From Chrysemys picta bellii (taxonomy: Eukaryota), in contig NC_088811.1 in NCBI RefSeq assembly GCF_011386835.1, forward strand, positions 14,136,001 through 14,200,000: a stretch of 64,000 bases of DNA. The letters run 5' to 3'. The position numbers and the translations under genes were made by a program. Below are positions 36,561-49,054 of this stretch, piece after piece (the stretch's first letter is position 1; each line of letters opens with the position of its first letter). The notes under the pieces are model-generated. The model made no database searches. It saw only the letters and a program-made list of their open reading frames with translations, and was not told the origin of the DNA.

Positions 36561-38392
36561 AGCAGCATGACCACAGCAGCTCAGGCGAGCCACCCAAGTA
36601 CCACACTATCTGAGATCCTGGGGACATCCTTGAGCAACCAAGCCCAAGCAGAGTTAGTGTGTGTGCAGGTACCCACTCTGGGAATTGCGTCTCCGACCTG
36701 CAGCGGAGACGTACCTTAGAAAACCTCAGCCAGTCCAGAGTCGCTGCCATTACCATGAATTCTGTAGGGTTTGCTTTTGGTCTGATTCGCTGTGACAGCC
36801 CCTGCCCAGTGGATGTCTCCTGGCTGGACACTTTCACCTTAGCAGATGGTCGTATGTTTCTGGTCCAGCAAACCTAGACAGGCAGCCTTTCAAACCACCC
36901 TGGAAAGATACTTGCAGAAGCTGCGTTTCTGCCTCTGCAGTCATCCCAGGACCCTTGGCGATTCCCCCAGCACTCGTTATTTGCTGCCTTCATGCTGTAG
37001 CTGCCTGCGATGTGAACTCTATTTCCCAGGTGTTGAACAACCTGCAACTTTCCACACACACTGCAAAGTATGGCTAGGCTGCGGAAGCACCCTTGAAATC
37101 AATGTTTCCCTGCTTGGGTGATAAATGATCTCATTTTGTTAAGGGGGTTGCAGCACCGACCAAAGATACAATTGCCACAAATCGACCCTAATTGCCTTCA
37201 AAAGCTTGCCAGGAAAAGCAAAAACACAACAATCTCTTTGGAACCATTTTGTTTGTCTGGCTTCTCTGCAGATCGACATGGTACTGGAAGCCCAAGGTGA
37301 ATGTCATTGAAAGCAGGCACCCTTCTTACTTGTATGTCTGTGACTGTTCAACTGTAAGCTTCCTTGTGTGCCGTCTGGCCAATGAATTAAGTAGAGAAGG
37401 CAAGGAGTTGAAAGGGTGTCTGGCAAGACTGGCAGGCTTCAGTATGATGTGCAGTTTCCTTTCATGAAATACATATGGATACTGTATCCCCATTCCCAGC
37501 ACAGACACCCCTGCCTAGCTACACCAATACCGCTGTGACTGAGGCCTCCAAAAGGCTTAGAATTATCAAACAGGTGCAGACACGTACCCACATCACAAGT
37601 ACCCGCACGTCCCCACTGTAATACACAAGTTCATACGCCTCTTTACTTACACATACAGTGCTGGATCTATTCAAACACATACCCGCAAGCGTATCCATAA
37701 CCCAGTTCCTTCACTGCTCCAAGCACGTGTCCATGCACTCCCTCCATTCCTCTGCCCATATATGCCTACGTATTCTTCAGCATTTGGCTCTGAAATCATA
37801 AGCAGGCTGGTTGTCAATTGCCTCCTGTGTTTTCACTGTTCAAAGCAAATTTCTGCCATAAAACACACATGACAGCTGGACATGCAGTCAATTTCCCCCC
37901 CAGCTTAGAAATATTCCCTGGTATTAAATAGATACATCACAATGTGTTGTGCGTTGATTCACCTTGCTCTGCATAATTTCACGGTGCACAGTCGCTGCCT
38001 AACTGCGACACCTAGTGTTCAAAGCCTGTCTGGGGCTCAGTTGTCTCCGGAAAGCAGACTGGTTTCTCACCTAGCTGAGAAAGGAATGTGCTTCACGGTA
38101 AAAACAGCAGATTTCAGGAAAGGGCACTGGGATCATTTCTCTTACCTTCATTGGACTGTCTGTTGAGAGCTAAATATATCTTTCTTGGACTTGACTATAG
38201 AAAACACCTCAATGTTTCTAATATTAGGCCAGAATTCGGTCACGTTTAATCATGGTGAGTGGCGCCTTGCAGTTAGCTCCATTGAAGGCAAGGGGGTTCT
38301 TTGCAAAGGAAATTTGAGTAAAGGTGGAAGAATGTGCCCACAGTCATTCATATTTAAGGAATAAAGCTAGAGATTTTACAGTGCATGACGGG

Positions 38393-38515
38393 TAGGGTGA
38401 CCAGACAGCAAATGTGAAAAATCGGGACGGGGGTGGGGGCTAATAGGAACCTATATAAGAAAAAGACCCAAAAATCGGGAGTGTCCCTATAAAATCGGGA
38501 CATCTGGTCACCCTA
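38393..38515. mobile_element. hAT (Blackjack-like) MITE, 123 bp
   Basis: Perfect 13-bp TIRs tagggtgaccaga / tctggtcacccta; TSD atgacggg / gtgatggg. Confidence 0.85.
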
Positions 38516-38782
38516 GTGATGGGTAATCATGCTTAATAACATGGGTGTTATGCAGGTGAATTCACAGCAACCAACGTTTATGGCAAGTATTTCTGAAAAG
38601 GCGCTTACAACTTTTATAGCACAGTGTGACAAGGATATCTGTTAGATAACAATCATAGTTGTATAGGTGTGTTGTTTTTTTTAACTATTTAACTCCCAGG
38701 ATAAGAATTTGAGATGCATTGCTTTAAAGGTGCTCTGCTTTTCAGAGTATTTCTCTTTTTTGTTAATTATTAAAACATTGAT

Positions 38783-38862
38783 AGGGCCAAATCTCCAGCA
38801 TAGCTCTGTTGGCTTCAACGGAGCCGGAGCTATGCCAGTTTGCACCAGGATCTAGCCCTTAG
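38783..38862. repeat. Short palindromic interspersed repeat (MITE-like); related copies at ~1570, 28330, 41995, 51125 and 59750-59895
   Basis: Termini gggccaaatc / gatctagccc around an internal ttggcttcaa-type palindrome; recurs throughout the window. Confidence 0.55.
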
Positions 38863-39396
38863 TACCTCCTTAGTTCCACCTCAGACATGTTTGCCTTATT
38901 GGCAGCACGTTGTCAGCTTGCCGGTCTGACTGTAATCCAGGAGTGTTTGCTTATTGGACATTAAGCCGGCAGTGTGCTTGTGATCTGATCACTGCCTCCG
39001 CAGTCCAAAAGGTGGCTTGTTTCCTCGCTTGAAGGATGTAGATGCTTGTCCTTAGATCTGGAGAAATGAACCGAGTCTTCCATGTTGCAGCCATTTGTGG
39101 CGATTGTGCACACATTCAGTGCTGGGAAATCAACCAACAGATATTTCACTCAGTCGCTCTCCAAAGCCCCCTGGAAAACAGCAGTAGGTTGTGCAGATGT
39201 AAGATAGGTGAGCAGGATATGAACACATTAGCAGAGGGCAGAGTTCCACCTACAGAACTTTGGAGGTGAGGTGTGAAAAGGGAAGAGGCCAACTTGGAGA
39301 CTCATGCCCCAAATCCTCAAAGATATTTGAGCTCCTAACTCCCCTTGAGGATCTGGGCCTCTGTGCCTAGGGTGGCTTTGCAGGGAGTTAGGAAAA

Positions 39397-39417
39397 CTCT
39401 CTCTCTCTCTCTCTCTC
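39397..39417. repeat. (CT)n microsatellite
   Basis: Read directly from the sequence. Confidence 0.9.
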
Positions 39418-41573
39418 CTTGCCACCAAGCCCAAGTGAGGTGGAAGTGACTTTGACCCAGTAAACGTGGAGGCTGAGATCTTGTGTGCATGGTCAAGCTG
39501 TATCTTGGAGTGCCTTTTCCTAGCTGACTTCTAAACCCTTGAAAATCAGGTTTTATAATGGAAATGCTGACAGATCCTAAACCGTAGCAGCACTGTTGGC
39601 AATTCGTGCATGTTCTCTGAGTTGGGCCATTGTACATAATGTTCCATCGCCTTTCAGATGGATGGATGTTTTATTTCTGGGGCCTGTTATGCGGTATTTA
39701 TATGCAAATTCCACACGCTGTTGCAGGAACCCTTCTATCTAGGCTTTTTCACAAAAGCAAAACACACTGGAGACGTGGAATACACGAGACTTAGATGCAT
39801 ATATTTACATTCAGTGTGTGCTGTGTGTTTTGTTGATTCCTCACTGCTGTAATGGCAGCATAAGAGCAGGACTTGGGAGTCACTTTCTTAGCGTTAAATG
39901 GAGTTTGGTAGAACAGATTAGACAAAGCATTAAGTAGGATGCCTGGGGGGAAGGAGGAAAGGGGGAATTGGATGCATAAGAGAGTTTGGATTTTGTTTTT
40001 AATATATTGTGTCACACAGTCTGTCTTTTCCCTGCTTGTAGTTAGTGGGAATATTGCATAGGTAAGTTGAGTATTCGCTCCAAAGCTACAAAGAAAAATA
40101 CCAGTAAATCGCGATTTGATTGGGTTTTTCTCTTCCTCTTTAAAAAGCGAATCACTTACCAATAACGGTTCCTCCCCAGGGACACGATCCAGAGTCCATC
40201 AAAGGGAAGACTCTCATTGACTTCAGCAGGGTTTGGCTCAGGCACATAGGAGCTGATCTTGCACCCGCTGACTCCACTGAGAGCAGGATTGGGCCCCAAA
40301 GGTGTCATGCATGGCTCCGGGTTCGTGGCTCACGTGTCCTGCAGTGCAACATTTGGGGTGTTCCCCAAAGAAATCCATTGCGAGGCTCGGGGCAGAGAAA
40401 GGGGTGTGCACGGCCTGTTGCTGCCAGCAGCTCCATTTGTACCTTAGGAGCAAATTCATACCCCCCTTGTTCCTCTGAAGTCCGACCAAAGGCACCACAT
40501 CATTTAATGCAACAGACCCTGATCCTTTAATCTGATCACTGACCTACCTCGACACCTGCACAGAGTCCCAGGGAAGTCAACAGGGGGCATAAAGGGACCA
40601 CAGGCAGGGATCAAAATGCAGGACTGGGCCTTTAATAAGTGACACCTTGAGGGACTGGAAAAAACCCAGGCAGCCTATGATTTCCAAGGCACTTCAGAAC
40701 TGTGGAAATATTCTGTGTTGTCCTAGTTATAAAACATCGAGTGAATCATGGGAGCTATTCTCTGCTGGCTAATTAAAAGGTACAGTCAAGCAACGGGCAC
40801 CTCTTTAATGAGAATTTTCAAATTATTTGTACTTTGTAGATGCTTCTGTTTAATTTTTCAAAAAAGCAAAATATTGAACAGGGGGAAAGCGTCCCTCTGA
40901 GCCTGCCAAGTCCACCGGGAACAGCAGAAGAACAAACAGGCCCGTTTAACACATCTGAACCAAAGCCAACCGCTGACTTTCTCTGTGTCCCTTTGCCTTT
41001 CTTCATGAAATTTGGCACCGCTTACTGTATAAATCACTGGCTCCTGTATTTGCAGGAACAGCTGTTTCAGTTTTTGGTCCAGGTTTCTCTCAAAGGTAAA
41101 TCACACGCTAACGCTTTGTTGTGCTGTTTTTGTTTTCTTTGTGATGACCAAATAGGTTTGACTTCAACTGGCCAGCCTACCCCAGCTCAAACACTTATGC
41201 TTAGTCTTACCTGGGGGCTGCCGGAAAGCCGGGGCTGGTGTCCCAGCTCTCAACAAGTGCATGTTCTGTTTTGCACTCAATCAGATCTAAATGGTATTTG
41301 CTTGCATTCTGAAATCCTATTATTGCAACATTGGGAGCACGCAGATCCCCCAGAAGAGTTAATTCTCAACCTTGGTAAAAGAAACCATGTCTTTTGGGAG
41401 GATTTAACCCTAAAAGCAGCACCTACATCATGTTTTCTTCTTGGAGCGTGAAACCGGCCCCCGTGCGTTGGGTTAGCCCCTCTGCACAGAGGTGACTTGA
41501 ACGCACTGCAATCTGAGTGCTGTCTTGAGAGAAGTGTTTCATTGTCTTGTGTTTTGTTCTTTTATCCCATAAG

Positions 41574-41763
41574 GCCAAGCAGTCCTTAGCCACGTTAACC
41601 AAGGATGTCCCCAAGCGTCACTCGTTAGCCATGCCAGGCGAGACCGTGTTGAATGGGAATCAGGAATGGGTGATGCAGGCGGATCTCCCGCTCACAGCTG
41701 CTATCCGGCAGAGTCAGCAGACGCTTTATCATGCGCACCCCCAGCACTCAGCAGATCGACAAG
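41574..41763 (+). CDS. KAZN: Kazrin coding exon (exon 5), 190 nt, phase 0 to 1
   Basis: Acceptor tttatcccataag|GCC, donor CAA G|gtgagc. Encodes AKQSLATLTKDVPKRHSLAMPGETVLNGNQEWVMQADLPLTAAIRQSQQTLYHAHPQHSADRQ. Confidence 0.96.
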
Positions 41764-42194
41764 GTGAGCAACTAGCCCGCCACAAACCCCTTTGGGAAAC
41801 CTCTGTGATCTCTTCTGCCTTTAAGACGATGGCATTCTTGATAAAATTGAGCACCTCCTTGTTCCAGCTAAGGGTTAGTCTTGTGTACTGTGGCAGGGAG
41901 GGAAATAAAGTCCAGTAGCTTGGTATGACTCCGCTCCAAGGAGAGGTGGGTATAGGAGAAAGATTTAAATACATATGAGAGTTCCGGAGGCATGAGGCCA
42001 GATCCCCAGGTCGTAGCTACACTGGCGCCAGTGTATCTATGCCAGTCTACACCTGCTGAGGATCTGGCCCACAGCCTTGAGCCAACTTTGATCTGAAGCT
42101 TAACAATTTCCCTTTTGAATGTCAACAATTCTCATTCATTTTAAAATTAGGGTTTATCTTCAGCACTGAGGATTTTCACCCCTGTATTCCCCTC

Positions 42195-42425
42195 TTTCAG
42201 ATGAGGTGCAAGCCTGAGGCCTTCGGGTCATTGAAGTTTTAGGATTCTTTTGATATCCCAGTTAAGATAAATTACGTTCTGCCCCCTAAAATCCCTCCTG
42301 AGGGATCCAGTGAATACACAACATTCTTTGTTCCTTCCTGTTCCAAGCGGTTACGCGGTGCTGCAGTGCCCTGTAACAGCGGCCACCTTTCACCCCAGAG
42401 GTTGGCTGAGTTTCAGTGGTTGGGC
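42195..42425 (+). mobile_element. AmnSINE1-like (Deu-domain) fragment
   Basis: tttcagatgag, aattacgttctgccccctaaaatccc, aacagcggccacc...caccccagaggttggctg...tttcagtggt match the recalled AmnSINE1 consensus. Confidence 0.7.
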
Positions 42426-43442
42426 TGACGTCATCCTCAGCTCTCTCTTTCTTGTCTCCTCCAGATGTCGTAAGGCTTAATCGAGGCCTAGCTGTAAAGC
42501 ATGTGATGTTTGGAGAAGGGGTACTGTGGGAGGGCAAAGGGATTCATTGCTTCTACCCTCTGTGGTACAAGTCTCTCCTGTGGTTTGACAAGGGCATGTA
42601 AGAAACCCGACCAGGTCTCAAAATCCAGATTCAGACCCAGGCTGCTATGCATAACCTCCCCTTCCCCTGTGGCTTCAAAGTCTGGAGACTCTGCCAGCTG
42701 AACTAATCCCCTTTCAGGGAGCAGCTTCAACTCCGCTTCAGAGCAGCAGGCCGGAGTAAATGGAGGCTGGTCTCCCCGCTCTCTGCCTTCCCCGCTGTGA
42801 ACTGGGGCCAGGATGTTCAAACCTGGGGGCGTAGAGTTGGCCATCCGAGTAAGGGGCCTGACTTTCCAAGCAGCCACAGTCAATGGGAGCTCGGCACTTC
42901 TGGAAATCAGGGCCCGCGCTTAGGCACCTAATAATAATGGATCTGTCTTTATTATCTGTACTGCAGTAGCACATTAAAGCCCCCGGTGAGATCCGGCCCT
43001 CCTTGTGCCAGGCACTGTACAGACGCATAGTAAGAGAGAGTCCCTGCCATGTAGAGCTGAACACGCTAAATGGATGTAGCTGCCTAGCTTGAAATGCCCA
43101 CATTGGAAAGTATTGGCCTCACTGGAGCCTACACTCTCCTGCTTGAGTGCATGATGCTGTTTCAAGGCCCCCAAGCAGGCTTTGCCCTCTTCCCTTTCAA
43201 TTCTAAGCTATCCTATGTGCTCTCCCTGTTCCAATAACCTACCCAGCACCCCAACTGTTTGCAACCAAAGCCCAGGCCTCGGGAAGCAGCAGTTCCCAGC
43301 CTTTCCTGAGAGGTGATCTCAAAGGCGTCAGCGCCTCGTTCCTTTAAGCCCTGCAAAGGCAGATCAGGGAGGAGGATGCATTTGCTCAGAAGTCGGCGGC
43401 GAGCACCACGCCGCAGAGGAATTTGTTCGCAAGCAGAAGGGC

Positions 43443-43486
43443 GCCTGCGCCCTGCCGTGCCTGCGCCCTGCCGTGCCTGCGCCCTG
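43443..43486. repeat. 16-bp tandem repeat, 2.75 copies
   Basis: Unit gcctgcgccctgccgt. Confidence 0.9.
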
Positions 43487-43799
43487 TGCAAAGCCGTGAG
43501 AGCTCAGGACCCAGCAAGTCTGCCAGCTCCGGGCACCTGTGGTGTGGAATTGCACGTTCATGGGCTGCTGCCGGTTTCTAATATTCTCTGGCAGTTCAAG
43601 GATTGCCCTCGCTCTCAGCAGAAGGTGAAACGCTGCAGCACTAGATAACCTGGCATCTGTATACGGGACAAGGATGCAGCGTTCAAGGAGTCTCATCTTC
43701 TCACCCCTTAGTACAAATACTCCAGTAATGGCTCAAAACACTGGAGTGACACTGCTCTAGCTCATGAGCTCTTATTGCAGCGCACTGTAGTATCCCAGT

Positions 43800-43960
43800 G
43801 TCCTTCACACAGCTGTTGTGGGTGATTACAGTCTGCCTCTGTACATCCACACACACCCCTGTAATTTCGGTTTCATACAACCTGCTTCCTGCCCTGCAGT
43901 GCTGTGAAACAGCTGCCACGTTCAAGGCCATAGATGGTTTCCCTGCAGTGGTGGGTGACT
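43800..43960 (+). mobile_element. AmnSINE1-like fragment
   Basis: gggtgattacagtctgcct...aaacagctgccacgttc...cagtggtgggtga. Confidence 0.6.
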
Positions 43961-44229
43961 CCAGGAGATTTTCGAAGGAGCCTAAGGGAGTTAGACACCC
44001 AGCTCCCATTCGGAATTAGGTATCTGACTGTCTTAGCTGCTTTTGAAAAACCCCGTCAGCGTGTTCAGGAAACACTTCGGGATCCATTTGGATTAAAGCT
44101 GTGTGCTCAACCAAAGGACATTATCCTTCTTTCTCACAAGGCATAGGTGATACCTGGGCCTGGATGGGCCCCAAGGATCCCGTTTTTAACCACAACAATA
44201 ATCTTTGCTCTTCTGTAGAGCTGCTCACG

Positions 44230-44418
44230 TAGGGATCTCAAAGCACTTTACAGACGTTAATGTACTGAAGTGACTATTACTTTCCTCATTTGCAAGTGGG
44301 GTACCTGGAGCCCAAACATTAAAGAACTTGCCCATGGCCACAGAACACGTCTCTGTCACAGGCAGGCATGGCACCCAGGTGTCCTCACGGTCAGTGCTGT
44401 GCTCAAACCATTGCCTCG
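44230..44418 (-). mobile_element. MIR/CORE-SINE
   Basis: atctcaaagcacttta...aacttgcccatggccacag. Confidence 0.6.
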
Positions 44419-45121
44419 TGCTGGAGTTGTCCGGCACAATAGAGCTTCATTTCGGTGCCTTTCATGCTCAGTGACTCACCAAGGAAAGTGACTATTGGGA
44501 TGGTCATTATCATCTCAAATTATTGAGTAGCAACCCTGGGGAGCCCCCACCACGGGCAGGAAGGATGGAAAAAAACAGTAACTTATTAGCGTGTCATCAT
44601 CTGAAATGTAAGAAATTCCCACCAAAAAATGTTTGCAGCCATATTAGAGCTTGAACACTATGTAGGGCCAATTGGACCAGCCTACAAACTTCTAGGGTGA
44701 GTTGTTTTAAAAGGACAATATCAAGAGTGTTTGTTTATAAATATGTTCATTTAATCTTCCCACTTTACAAATATCATCATAAATTAGTGATAGATTAAAT
44801 TCATTCACCTTTGACTATGAAATTAGTCTGGTCGGTTTCTGAGTCTCCCACCCCAGCACCGTGCTCCGGGGTTTGACTTCACAATATTGCAAGGGACTGT
44901 CTGGATCTTAAACAAGAAAACCTGCAACATTTATTAATGTTTCTATTCATCCTTTCTGTCTTTTACCCACCAAACCTAACTATGGGACCCAGACTAAATT
45001 GATCGTGTTCCTTTGAGCAAACCGCATTCCACGTGGGGCCAAAGAAAGTCGTTATGTTATTTAGCTTGGATTATGAAGATGCTTCTCCCTTTGGCACAAG
45101 TTGTTACCCATCTAACTAATT

Positions 45122-45392
45122 ATCATAGAATCATAGACGATTAGGGTTGGAAGAGACCTCAGGAGATCATCTAGTCCAACCCCCTGCTCAAAGCAGGACC
45201 AACACCCACTAAATCATCCCAGCCAGGGCTTTGTCAAGCTAGGCTTTAAAAACCTCTAAGGAAGGTGATTCCGCTACCTCCCTAGGTAACCCATTCCAGT
45301 GCTTCACCACACTCCTAGTGAAATAGTGTTTCCTAATATCCAACCTACACCTCCCCCACTGCAACTTGAAACCACTGCTCCTTGTTCTGTCA
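45122..45392 (-). mobile_element. CR1 LINE 3' fragment
   Basis: atcatagaatcatag tail; gggttggaagagacctcaggagatcatctagtccaacccc. Confidence 0.9.
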
Positions 45393-45771
45393 GGGTCTAA
45401 ATAAAGAAGGGAGACTAAGGATCTTTACAGATAAGGAACAGAAGCTCAGAGAAATGTTGGGATTTGCCCAAGCTCACGCAGTTAAGTTGCGGCAGAACCA
45501 GGACCTGAATCCAGGTCTCTAGTCCAACAGCTGAGCCATCGCACCCTCTCTATCTCTGCAGCTGCCCCCCCAGAAGTTACAGGCAGGATAGCAGATCTGC
45601 GGCGTTATACGGTCGTCTAAAGCATTCATCCAACACCCCAGCCAGCGACTGTCCATGGAGAGAACCAAATTCACAGACCGAGAATGGTGTAGTATCCAAG
45701 CTAAAGCAGGGAGGGCACAGAGATGAACATACTAATTCCACTGAGCCCTAACTCTGCTCCTTGCCTTCCAG

Positions 45772-45902
45772 CTGTCAGAGTGAGTCCGTGCCATTCACGG
45801 CAGCCTTCCATCATCTCCGATGCGTCAGCAGCAGAAGGCGATAGGTCATCGACGCCAAGTGACATCAACTCGCCCCGGCATCGGACGCATTCCCTCTGCA
45901 AT
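45772..45902 (+). CDS. KAZN: Kazrin coding exon (exon 6), 131 nt, phase 1 to 0
   Basis: Acceptor ttgccttccag|CT, donor AAT|gtaagg. Encodes (A)VRVSPCHSRQPSIISDASAAEGDRSSTPSDINSPRHRTHSLCN. Confidence 0.96.
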
Positions 45903-47373
45903 GTAAGGCAGTTGTGAGGTCGTTTGTGACTCTTAACTTCTGTGCCAATGTTTCTAACCCTAACCATCACTCTTACCTGCTCGTCTTTTGCCAGCCCTTC
46001 TTCTGGGGCCTGAGCCAAAGCCCACCAACGACAAGGCAAAGCCTCTCACCGGGCTTTCGATCAGGCTAGTCATATAAATCCTGAGTTTGAATGGGACTTA
46101 AAACTACCCACATCCCAACCAGGAGTTGGTTCTACACTGCCTGACTCTGTGTGCTCACTTGCACCTCTGCAAAGTGCGTGTCCCTGGCTCCCACTTTGCA
46201 CTGGCGGCCACGCCCACACACAGTACGAGGCAGTGGAGAATCCACGTCCCTCTTTTCAAGAGCTGTGCAAAAATGTTGCATCTCTGATTTTAGTAAAACG
46301 TCCTGAAGAAACAACTATAATTTTGTGCCAGGCCATTATTTTTGCAGCCCGGAACATGGATTGCAAAGAGGTTGATTGAAATGGCAGTTTTCCTAACTAG
46401 ACATTCGGAATCTCTCAGGTTTCAAAGGGAGGAACAAGCTTCAGCAAAGCGAAAATTTATGAACGTACTTAAAAACAGATCCATGTTCGAGTTGGAGCTG
46501 GACTGAGACTTTGACAAAGTGTTTCTCCCCTCGGGCTCCATGTTCTAGGTTTTGATTGAAGACGTGCAGAGCTTTACAGTTTCTCATGATGTGACGTCCC
46601 CTTCCTCCCCCCCCCGACCCCCAATCAATCAAAATTGAGCCACTAAGACCAAGTTTCACTCTCAGCTTTCAAGTTCCTCTGAATCAAACTTGAGAGCTGG
46701 GAAGCCACATGAGTCAAAATGAAAACAGGGTTTGTCAAACTCCCTGTGAACTGAAGAGGCACAGAGCTTCCAGCCACAGTCACTGGGTCAACCACACACT
46801 TGCAGCACCGGGGACAGAACCTACCCTCTTCCTCTCCAAAAGCATAGCTGTGAGTTTAAAGGAGACTCTCCATTAGCGAACAGATTTAGGGCTGATATGG
46901 TCTCTAGCCACTAGAGGGAGACATGATCTCTCACACTGAGCTGGTGTGAATCCACATTTCTGCTCTCCTTTTACGCTGGTATAAATCTACAGTAATTCCA
47001 TCCGTGAAGTTACTCTTGATGTATAACAGTGTGTAAATGAAAGCAGAATTCAGCTCTTTGCATTCCACATTTTTTAAGTTGGGGAAGGGGAGAAAGAGAG
47101 CGGCAGCCTTTTCTACTAACGACAGAAGCAAAGAAAGAGAGGCCAGGAGTCTGTTGCTTCGGTATCAATAGAATTGATTTAAATGACTGGAGTGACAGTG
47201 TGGAAGAGAATTTTTCAAAGTTCAATAGAGAAAATACATTGGAAGGTGCAGGAAATATCCAGAAACACTGCAGTGGGAGAGCAGAGAGGTTATACGGTTC
47301 ATAATTAAGATATCCTGGCTAATAAATGCAGATAAATGTAACTTAATTCTAGGAGGAGTTCAGTGAGTGAGCA

Positions 47374-47458
47374 ACAGAGGGTCCTGTGGCACCTTTGAGA
47401 CTAACAGAAGTATTGGGAGCATAAGCTTTCGTGGGTAAGAACCTCACTTCTTCAGATG
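47374..47458 (-). mobile_element. Short Penelope-like insertion
   Basis: Same family as 15058; flanked by the direct repeat cagtgagtgagca (47361-47373 and 47459-47471). Confidence 0.8.
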
Positions 47459-47459
47459 C
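47419..47459 (-). ncRNA. Minimal type I hammerhead ribozyme motif with canonical CUGANGA core
   Basis: Minus strand GCAU-CUGAAGA-A-GUGAGGUUCUUACCCAC-GAAAG-CUU-AUGC; stem II weakened by an A.C mismatch. Confidence 0.6.
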
Positions 47460-47529
47460 AGTGAGTGAGCATTTGCCAGATAAGAAAGCCCTGCAGCATA
47501 TGCTGACTAAGGCAACCATACAGGAATGA

Positions 47530-47824
47530 GGGCTGGTCCACACTAACCCCCCAGTTCGAACTAAGATACGCAACTTCAGCTACGTGAATAATGTAGCTAA
47601 AGTCGAAGTATCTTAGTTCAAACTACAAGGTACTTACCGCGGGTCCACACACGGCAGGCGGGCTCCCCCGTCGACTCCGCGTACTCCTCTCACGGAGCAG
47701 GAGTACCGGTGTCGGTGGCGAGCACTTCCGGGATCGATTTATCGCGTCTAGACAAGACACGATAAATCGATCCCAGAAGATCGATTGCTTACCGCTGAAC
47801 CCGGAGGTAAGTATAGACGTACCC
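47530..47824 (+). mobile_element. PIF/Harbinger-type MITE (young, CpG-rich)
   Basis: Termini gggctggtccacacta / agtatagacgtaccc; TSD TGA on both sides. Confidence 0.88.
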
Positions 47825-48234
47825 TGAGAGAACAGTCTCCAAGCCCCTCGGGCAGTTGCCCCATTGCAACGAAGGAGAGAGAAGGGGGGTGTCTGCACTG
47901 TGCAGCCAGAAGAACAGTGTGTGAGGACTGGCTGGCTCAGTGTATCGATAACAGACCCGTTAGCTGTGGGTCACCAGTTAAAGTCCAGCTCACGTCTGTA
48001 AGGCAGCATCTGATTGCTCTGGAGTGACCTGAGTGGGGAGCATTTGTCTCGCTCCTAGAGGCATCGGCATCTCCAAAGCCCACCCTCACAGCTGAGGCTC
48101 ACCGAGCCTCTCGCTGGCAGGGAGACCAATGGGGGGGGGGGGTGTGGCACAGGCTTGTCTGCACATGAAAATTCATCCTGAACAAGGTACGGTACGAATT
48201 TAAAACAGATTAACTATTCCTGATTCCAGAATAC

Positions 48235-48514
48235 GGGCTTGTCTAGACCAACAGTTCACGGCAAGCTGGGATGTAAATCTACCTATTTCTAGCCTGCCAC
48301 GCACTGTGTCCAGAATAGACCCTGCTGCCGTGCACCGGCAGTTCTTGTGTGCTTTGAGCTCCCCCTCTTTGAAATGGGAGCAGATTAACGTGCATTAGGG
48401 AACTTTCAGTGCACGACAGCAGCGTCCAGACAGCCAGTGAGTGTGCAGCAGGCTAGTGCGGGGTAGATTTTCACCTCAGTTTACCATGCACAAACTGTCT
48501 GTGTAAACAAGCCC
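48235..48514. mobile_element. Nested PIF/Harbinger MITE
   Basis: TIRs gggcttgtctagac / gtgtaaacaagccc (12/14); flanks tac / taa. Confidence 0.75.
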
Positions 48515-48537
48515 TAAGAGTGTCTGTTTCCAAGTTA

Positions 48538-48812
48538 GGGTACGTCTATATTTACCTCCGGGTCCGGTGGTAAGCAATCAATCAATTTATCGCGTCTTGT
48601 CTAGACGCGGTAAATCGATCCCGGAAGTGCTCGCCGTCGACGCCGGTACTCCTGCTCCGCGAGAGGAGTACCCGGAGTCGACGGGGGAGCCTGCCTGCCG
48701 CGTGTGGACCCGCGGTAAGTTCAAACTAAGATAGTTCGACTTCAGCTACGTTATACACGTAGCTGAAGTTGCGTATCTTAGTTCGAACTGGGGGGTTAGT
48801 GTGGACCAGCCC
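48538..48812 (-). mobile_element. Nested PIF/Harbinger MITE, inverted sister of 47530-47824
   Basis: TSD TTA on both sides; the reverse complement aligns with the 47530 copy over its whole length. Confidence 0.88.
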
Positions 48813-49054
48813 TTAGTTTAAGTAGCTTTCCTACAGGAAGGACCGACTGGATTAAACTAATTCAGAATAAGGCACTCCTATTCCGGAACAAGGGCATCCA
48901 CACATGGCGTTAATCGGGAATAGCTAATCTGAAACAACTCGCTGTGGAGACAAGCCCTTAGAGCTAACTTTTAGTGAGCAGATTTATTTGTGTGGCTTTT
49001 GTAGTTCGAACAGTCATGCTTTCACCTTGGCTGTTCCTCCCATTTCAAATAGTT

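Larger units (their letters stand above)
48151..48957. mobile_element. Host PIF/Harbinger MITE (~250 bp after removing two nested MITEs)
   Basis: TIRs aggcttgtctgcaca / tgtggagacaagccc (13/15); internal sequence is continuous across both insertions. Confidence 0.65.

Noticed and set aside
40840-41451. Longest non-TE ORF (203 aa)
   Set aside because: No recognisable domain, intron-like composition and no supporting splice structure.
47530-48957. Repeated palindromic motifs resembling a CRISPR array
   Set aside because: No constant repeat with unique spacers; fully explained by TIR/TSD-bounded MITEs in a vertebrate intron.
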